64,000 nucleotides of DNA. Source: Nitrosopumilus sp. (GTDB taxonomy: Archaea > Thermoproteota > Nitrososphaeria > Nitrososphaerales > Nitrosopumilaceae). A program made the translations under genes and the position numbers. The stretch is taken from NCBI GenBank assembly GCA_965206745.1, contig OZ242220.1, positions 900,434 through 964,433 on the forward strand. Direction: 5' to 3'. A model generated the notes under the pieces. That model was not told where the DNA came from, did no database searches, and was given only the letters and a program-made list of their open reading frames with translations. Shown one piece after another: positions 58,313 to 64,000 of the stretch; the stretch's first letter is position 1, and each line of letters opens with the position of its first letter.

Positions 58313-58507
58313 TTAGATTTGTTTCCTGTTTTGATTTGTTTGATTGATTATTGATTGCATACATGCATGACAAATCAGTGATTTTTCAGTCATCTTACGT
58401 ACCAGGTCGTGGTTTTGCAACTCTGAATCGTATGTTGCAGCAATGACTATCTTGTTGCTCCATACCTCAAAACCCTCTTTCTTTTTTGAACATGCAAAGC
58501 AGTTCAT
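58313..58507 (-). CDS. Small Cys-motif protein
   Basis: CFAC...CHAC. Confidence 0.65.
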   Translation of the reverse strand: MNCFACSKKKEGFEVWSNKIVIAATYDSELQNHDLVRKMTEKSLICHACMQSIINQTNQNRKQI

Positions 58508-58611
58508 GTATTTTAGAAATTTTATGTCAATTTAAGCATGTTTGCCTTCTAATGATTTTGCAATGCAAGATAATCGAGAATCTAAATAAAAGGGTCAAAC
58601 ACATCTAATTT

Positions 58612-59661
58612 ATGAAGAAGGTCTTTGTAAACGGATACGGTTCAATTGGAAGCAGAATCGCTGCATTTCTAAAAGATGATCCAGAAATCACAGTAGTTGG
58701 AATTGGAAAGTATTCCCCAGATGACAAAGTAAGCCAGGCCATATCCAAGGGGCTTGAGGTGTATGTTCCAGAATCAAAATTGAATTCTTTTTCAGATTAT
58801 AACATTTCAGGCTCGATAGAATCTGCATTAGACGAATCAGATCTTGTCATTGATGCCTCTCCGGGAGGCCATGGTTACAAAAATAAAAAGAGCCTTTACG
58901 AACCAAAAAACATTCCCGCAATTTATCAGGGTGGGGAATCAACAATTGGTTCAGAGACAGTCTCTGATCTGCTGTTTAATTCCAGAGTAAACTATGAGCA
59001 GGCTTTGGGAAAGAGCCATGTGATGCAAGGTAGTTGCAATGTGACTGGAATGGGCAGAATTTTAGAACCACTGCGCGACAGGTTTGGCCGGCAGCTGGCC
59101 CGATTTGATGTTACACTTGTTAGGCGATGGGCAGACATTGAGCAAACCGAAAAAAAACTCTCAGACACCATAGAGATGACTGAAAACCCCCACCATGGTG
59201 ATGATGTCAAGCTCTACTTTGGCAAAGACGCTCCGCTGTATGTGCGTGCAATCAAAGTTCCTACAAGACAGATGCATCTGCACATAATGGATGTCAGATT
59301 CAACGGTACGGCCCCAAAGCCATCTGAAATTCATGACGTGTTTACAAATGAATTTGGAGTTGCAACATTATGGACTGCAAAGGGAACAAAAGATGTTAGA
59401 GATTATGCTCAAAATATGGGATTTAATTTTACAGATACCAACATGATCCACATTCATGCAAATATGACGGCCTCCATTGGAGACACCGTACAAATGATGT
59501 ATTCTGATGATCAGACAGGGATTGTGATTCCTGAAAATCATGTGCTTATGCAGGCAATGCTGTTTGAAAAACCCTACAAAGACGCATTTGCCCACACTGA
59601 ATCAGTATTCCACATGTCAGAGAAGAAACTAAAGTTGCAAGAACATTTTGCCAGGAACTAG
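58612..59661 (+). CDS. gap: Archaeal (type II) glyceraldehyde-3-phosphate dehydrogenase
   Basis: VNGYGSIGSR, IYQGGE, GSCNVTG catalytic Cys, VRRWAD, HHGDDV, IVIPEN. Confidence 0.93.
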   Translation: MKKVFVNGYGSIGSRIAAFLKDDPEITVVGIGKYSPDDKVSQAISKGLEVYVPESKLNSFSDYNISGSIESALDESDLVIDASPGGHGYKNKKSLYEPKNIPAIYQGGESTIGSETVSDLLFNSRVNYEQALGKSHVMQGSCNVTGMGRILEPLRDRFGRQLARFDVTLVRRWADIEQTEKKLSDTIEMTENPHHGDDVKLYFGKDAPLYVRAIKVPTRQMHLHIMDVRFNGTAPKPSEIHDVFTNEFGVATLWTAKGTKDVRDYAQNMGFNFTDTNMIHIHANMTASIGDTVQMMYSDDQTGIVIPENHVLMQAMLFEKPYKDAFAHTESVFHMSEKKLKLQEHFARN

Positions 59662-60911
59662 CCGTGTATTTTCTCAATTCTGATTTTTTTCGGTATGTTT
59701 TTTGAAACTTTTTCTACAATAATTCTCAGTTCGTCCACTTCTACCTTGTCCCCCTCTTGCGGTATATCTTGCAGCCTTTCGTGAAGCAATCCGTTAAGTG
59801 ATGCATAGTCATCCCCCTCAGGAACCTTGGTTTTAAAAATTTCATTAATTTTATCTATCTCGATATCCCCATTTGTGATGATCGTATCCTGATCAATTCT
59901 TCTGTATCCTGCCTGCCTTGTCAGATCCGTCTCATCCTCAATCTCTCCGACTATTTCCTCCAAAAGATCCTCTAGCGTGACTAGTCCCTCCACCCCTCCA
60001 TGCTCATCAACAACGATTGCCATGTGCGTCTTTCTTCCCTTCATCTCTTTTAGCAAGGCACTGACCATCTTCTCTTGGGAAACAAAGACCGGCTCCCTTG
60101 CTATTTTTTCCAAACTGGTCATCTTGTTGTCTATCTCTAACTCTTTGAGAACATCCCTTACATGGATGAATCCTACAATGTCATCACTTGTATTTCCGTA
60201 AATCGGGATTCTTGAATGCCCACTTTTGTTAATTTGAGGCAATGCTTCAAAGAGCAACATTTTGGAATTTAATGAAAACATCTTAGTTCTCGGAGTCATT
60301 ACTGAGCGAATTACAGTATCATCGAATTTCAGGGCGCCATGCACTAGTTCCATCTCATCTTTTTCCAATGCCTTTTCCTCGAGTCCCTGATCAATGACCC
60401 CTTTGATCTCTTCTTCGGTGATAGGCGGCGGTGTGGAACTGCTTCCGGTCATCTTTACAACCCCCCTAGTGATGATCTCAAAGAATTTCACCACGGGATA
60501 AAACACATAGCTGAATGCTAGCAGTACGGGGGCATATCTTAGTGCAATTTTAGTTGAATTTGCATTGCAGTATGTTTTGGGAGTAATTTCGCCAAACACT
60601 AGAATCAAAAATGTCATAACTCCGACTGCAATCCCTAAACCGTCATTGCCAAATAACCTGATTGCCACGCTTGTTGCAAGAGCCGAACCTCCAACATTTA
60701 CCAAGTTGTTGCCAAGGTTTACACTTGACATCATCCAGCTTGGATTCATCTTTAATCTATGAAGTGCCTTTGAGCCTTTTTTGCCCTCATTGAACAACTG
60801 AACAACTTTGGATTTTCTAACTCCAACAAGTGCCACCTCCAGACCGCTGAAAAATCCAGACAGTCCAATAAGGACAGCCAAGACTGCAATCTCAAGCCAT
60901 AAATCTACCAT
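59658..60911 (-). CDS. Hemolysin/CNNM-family protein (DUF21-CBS-CorC)
   Basis: SGFFSGLE, FGEITPK, VMTPR, HSRIP, DEHGG...EDLLEEIVG. Confidence 0.93.
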   Translation of the reverse strand: MVDLWLEIAVLAVLIGLSGFFSGLEVALVGVRKSKVVQLFNEGKKGSKALHRLKMNPSWMMSSVNLGNNLVNVGGSALATSVAIRLFGNDGLGIAVGVMTFLILVFGEITPKTYCNANSTKIALRYAPVLLAFSYVFYPVVKFFEIITRGVVKMTGSSSTPPPITEEEIKGVIDQGLEEKALEKDEMELVHGALKFDDTVIRSVMTPRTKMFSLNSKMLLFEALPQINKSGHSRIPIYGNTSDDIVGFIHVRDVLKELEIDNKMTSLEKIAREPVFVSQEKMVSALLKEMKGRKTHMAIVVDEHGGVEGLVTLEDLLEEIVGEIEDETDLTRQAGYRRIDQDTIITNGDIEIDKINEIFKTKVPEGDDYASLNGLLHERLQDIPQEGDKVEVDELRIIVEKVSKNIPKKIRIEKIHG

Positions 60912-61045
60912 GATATCCTCCTAGAGAATTTTATAGAATATTTATAATAATTACTCATTTAGTTTTTTCGCACCATCTTTTGGTTATTTCTTTTTGATTA
61001 AACATGGATTTAACTCTTAACATGGAATATTGAGCCTGACTGAGG

Positions 61046-62383
61046 CTAATTCTTTGGTGGAATTGCAAATATGTTCTCCGGATTTTTGTGATAATCTACT
61101 GGAATCATCGCATCTTTTTGCCTGCCTGTGAGGATTCCGACAACCACGTCGTCTTTTTTGATTATTTCCTCGCTTACCAATTTTTTAATTCCAACCACTG
61201 ATGCGCCTGATGCCATCTCACAATCAAATCCGTTGAGGCCCACCACTGACATTCCATCAAGCATCTCAGAATCCGTCACAGTTGTTGCAACACCATCTGT
61301 AAACTCCAACGCCCGTAGACCTTTCAGAATATTTGCTGGTCTGCCAATCTGGATTGCCGTGGCCTTGGTTTTGGGTAATAGTCCTTCCTTGTCTAAATAA
61401 TCATAGTATCTGGATATCAATTCCGTATTTGGACTTCCCTTATTCCACCGCAACTCTTCATTTTCAAATTTACCGTTATACAAATCCGACAATGTACTTG
61501 CACCTTTTGAATTTATCACTGCAATTCTTGGAATTTTTTTAATCCATCCCCAAGCATACAGTTCCATTAATGCCTTACCGCAGCTTGAGATATTTCCCAA
61601 TGCTCCACCCGGATACACTATCCAATCAGGCACTTCCCAATTCAAATATTCCAAAGCTCTAAACGGAATTGTTTTTTGCCCTTCAATTCTAAATGGATTG
61701 ATAGAATTTACCGTGTATCCGTCATGATTTTGTGCATCATCTAGTGATTGTTTTAACGCATCATCAAAATTCCCATCCACCTCTATGATCTGAGCTCCGA
61801 ATTGATATGCCTGACTAAGTTTTCCAGGCGCTATCTGTCCTTTGGGAATATACACATCACAGTTAATTCCTTCATTTGCCGCAAACATTCCAGCCGAGGC
61901 AGAAGTATTTCCAGTGGATGCGCACACGATTTTTTTTGCACCCGTCATTTTTGCATGCGTAACTGCCGTTGCCATGCCGTTATCTTTGAAGGATCCACTC
62001 GGATTGTATCCTTCAGGCTGCAACCACAAGTCGTCATTTGAAACTCCGATAAAATCTGCAGCTTTTGACATATGGTATGGCTTTGACTGCCTTCCCTCTG
62101 CACCATCTAGGGATACTAGGTATTTTGAGCATTCCTTGATATCTTCTGTGTCAATTTGACAAAAGTTTAGCAACTCTCTGAATCTCCAAACTCCGCTCTC
62201 ATTGAAGATACTTCCTTCCGAATTTCTTCTCTTGTAAAAAATTTCTTTTAGTTCTGGAGATGGGTTGTTTTTGTATTTTACATCCAAAAGATGTCCTTTT
62301 TCACATTCAACATTTGTATTCTCAATGGAGTATTCTAATCCACAACTAGGATCAATACATTTGAGATAGGCATCACCCTGCAT
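61046..62383 (-). CDS. thrC: Threonine synthase
   Basis: NPSGSFKD PLP Lys, CASTGNTSAS, NSINPFRIEGQKT, PGGALGN. Confidence 0.93.
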   Translation of the reverse strand: MQGDAYLKCIDPSCGLEYSIENTNVECEKGHLLDVKYKNNPSPELKEIFYKRRNSEGSIFNESGVWRFRELLNFCQIDTEDIKECSKYLVSLDGAEGRQSKPYHMSKAADFIGVSNDDLWLQPEGYNPSGSFKDNGMATAVTHAKMTGAKKIVCASTGNTSASAGMFAANEGINCDVYIPKGQIAPGKLSQAYQFGAQIIEVDGNFDDALKQSLDDAQNHDGYTVNSINPFRIEGQKTIPFRALEYLNWEVPDWIVYPGGALGNISSCGKALMELYAWGWIKKIPRIAVINSKGASTLSDLYNGKFENEELRWNKGSPNTELISRYYDYLDKEGLLPKTKATAIQIGRPANILKGLRALEFTDGVATTVTDSEMLDGMSVVGLNGFDCEMASGASVVGIKKLVSEEIIKKDDVVVGILTGRQKDAMIPVDYHKNPENIFAIPPKN

Positions 62384-62488
62384 CGTAATTACAGATAATC
62401 GGTGATAATTTAAAGGAAATCCTGTAAAAATTATAGTGGTTTAGCTATATTTGCTAAACTTTAGATTAGACATGTCTCGCTTGTAATC

Positions 62489-62863
62489 GTGGTCACATAT
62501 AACGAACATCTAAAGAAAATTCTATCCCAAACTCTGGATTCATACCAAACTCTTAGAGAAATTCAAGACAAGCCGGGGGATCTTGATAGGATCAAAAAAG
62601 AGATGTTAAAGATCAACGGGTTCCTAAAGGTGACTACCAACAATATCGATGAGTACAAAATCACCCACTCTGATTTCAAAAAGTTAAAATCCAAATTCAT
62701 TCATTACTTGGAAAACTATTTTTTTGAAAAAGAGATTGAAACGATGGCCCCTCTGTATTCAAATGATGTCAGTAGAATAAAAAATATGAGATTAAAAATC
62801 ATTGAAGCACTAGAGGATAAAAAGATGATTGAAAGCATAGGGGAGTTGATGGATAAGATATGA
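62489..62863 (+). CDS. Hypothetical protein
   Basis: 124-aa GTG ORF. Confidence 0.75.
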   Translation: MVTYNEHLKKILSQTLDSYQTLREIQDKPGDLDRIKKEMLKINGFLKVTTNNIDEYKITHSDFKKLKSKFIHYLENYFFEKEIETMAPLYSNDVSRIKNMRLKIIEALEDKKMIESIGELMDKI

Positions 62864-63164
62864 CCGGTGACAAAAGATGCATTTTATGCGGGTGCCGAGA
62901 TCATAAAATTTTTGGATGCAATCGACATGTTGCAAAAAAATGCAGTTGTTATGATAATGATGATTAATTTTTATGAGATTAATTTCGTTTAGGGCCTGAT
63001 CTTTCATGGAAGTTTAAACAGCACTTGCACTCTTTTTGGCGACATTCTGCCTCACTATGGTGACCGCAGATGCCACATTCACAGCTATTTGACATGATAT
63101 TGTTTGTCGGATTCAGAATATAATTTATCCACCAATTTTTTATGAGTTTAAGGTCAAAACAGGA

Positions 63165-63476
63165 TTATTTTTTGGATTTGGGCTTTTTTGGAGGCCTTTC
63201 TTCCAACTCTTTTTTGATTTCATCTGCCTTACGGTCCACTGCTTTGATAATCTCTTGGATGATTCCATCTAGATCACTGTCTTGAGCTTTAGGTTCTATG
63301 GTACTTGCAATCTCTGTAATGGTGTTTGAAATCTCAGAACTAATGTCCTCAAAGCTTTCTGGATCCTCGTATGCTGCATTGTAAAGGTTTTTTAGATTAT
63401 TCACATAGCTGATTATTTGCTCAGTTAACATGATTTTGTAATCAGTGCCATTAACTGGAAATTCTTTTGAACTCAT
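63165..63476 (-). CDS. Hypothetical protein
   Basis: 103-aa ATG ORF. Confidence 0.75.
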   Translation of the reverse strand: MSSKEFPVNGTDYKIMLTEQIISYVNNLKNLYNAAYEDPESFEDISSEISNTITEIASTIEPKAQDSDLDGIIQEIIKAVDRKADEIKKELEERPPKKPKSKK

Positions 63477-63546
63477 ATTGTTTTTTCAATATCTTTTGTT
63501 TATAACGTTTTCAGCTAAACTGCTTCCATATGGGATCTACTGGCAA

Positions 63547-63993
63547 TCAAAACACTATGTAATCTAATGCGGAGGCATCGCTGATCAGTCTGGTGTGCTT
63601 TGAACCTACCACGTAACCATTTTTGATGTCTTCTACAGGAATCCATCTGTTTGTAGAAGAATAGTGTCTCTTTTCAGCCAACTCCCTTTCAATGGCCTCA
63701 ATATCAAATTCAGCTTCTTCAACCTGCTGGGTTGTAAGATGTTTGACAGTTACCATGATTTTTGTCACTTTAACCCGATCTCCAAATTTCCATTTTAGTA
63801 CCGGGTTTTCATCTGAGACTTCCAACACCTTGATCTTCATCTGCTTTTTTCCAAATGCATCATGACTGATGAGTGCTCTCTCATCTGTAAACTCTTCAAA
63901 ACTTGTTCTGGAATTTACTTCTGCATCTGAGACAGTTTCAAGTAAAGATTCAATCTTTTCAGACGGTTCAGTATTGGTGTTCTCTTCAGACAT
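63547..63993 (-). CDS. Hypothetical protein
   Basis: 148-aa ATG ORF. Confidence 0.75.
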   Translation of the reverse strand: MSEENTNTEPSEKIESLLETVSDAEVNSRTSFEEFTDERALISHDAFGKKQMKIKVLEVSDENPVLKWKFGDRVKVTKIMVTVKHLTTQQVEEAEFDIEAIERELAEKRHYSSTNRWIPVEDIKNGYVVGSKHTRLISDASALDYIVF

Positions 63994-64000
63994 GCCATTA

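Overview
Archaeal chromosome segment that, from gene content and order, is almost certainly an ammonia-oxidising thaumarchaeon (Nitrosopumilaceae). The housekeeping backbone comprises purP, purS-purQ-purL-purF and purC, ubiX, tatAC, a CBS-TrkH K+ transporter, the S10/spc ribosomal protein cluster (L3 to L6, without L2), tRNA-Asn(GTT), psmA, an ESCRT-III/CdvB gene, ccdA with a redoxin, bioFBA/bioD, HMG-CoA synthase, archaeal GAPDH, a CNNM/hemolysin gene and thrC, with many small hypothetical genes between them. Accessory DNA is interleaved. (1) Two AT-rich secreted MORN_2/YwqK-like repeat proteins, one with a Pro-rich VNTR stalk and the other divergent from a secreted FN3 protein in an island between purF and purC. 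(2) A recurring ~50-aa Cys-containing module (SPxxQ...C...CV...RGW) in three secreted proteins, separated from the passenger domain by a tandem-repeat linker in two of them. (3) A 22-bp perfect palindrome (TTTCTAAATTCGAATTTAGAAA) in four copies within 3.1 kb, ending at the tRNA-Asn 3' end. (4) A structured non-coding stretch with G6-tract inverted repeats. (5) An ISH3-like transposase relic and several probably decayed ORFs. This pattern would fit a host-associated lineage, but that is inference. No CRISPR array, rRNA, integrase or reverse transcriptase was found. All family calls come from motif recognition, not database searches.
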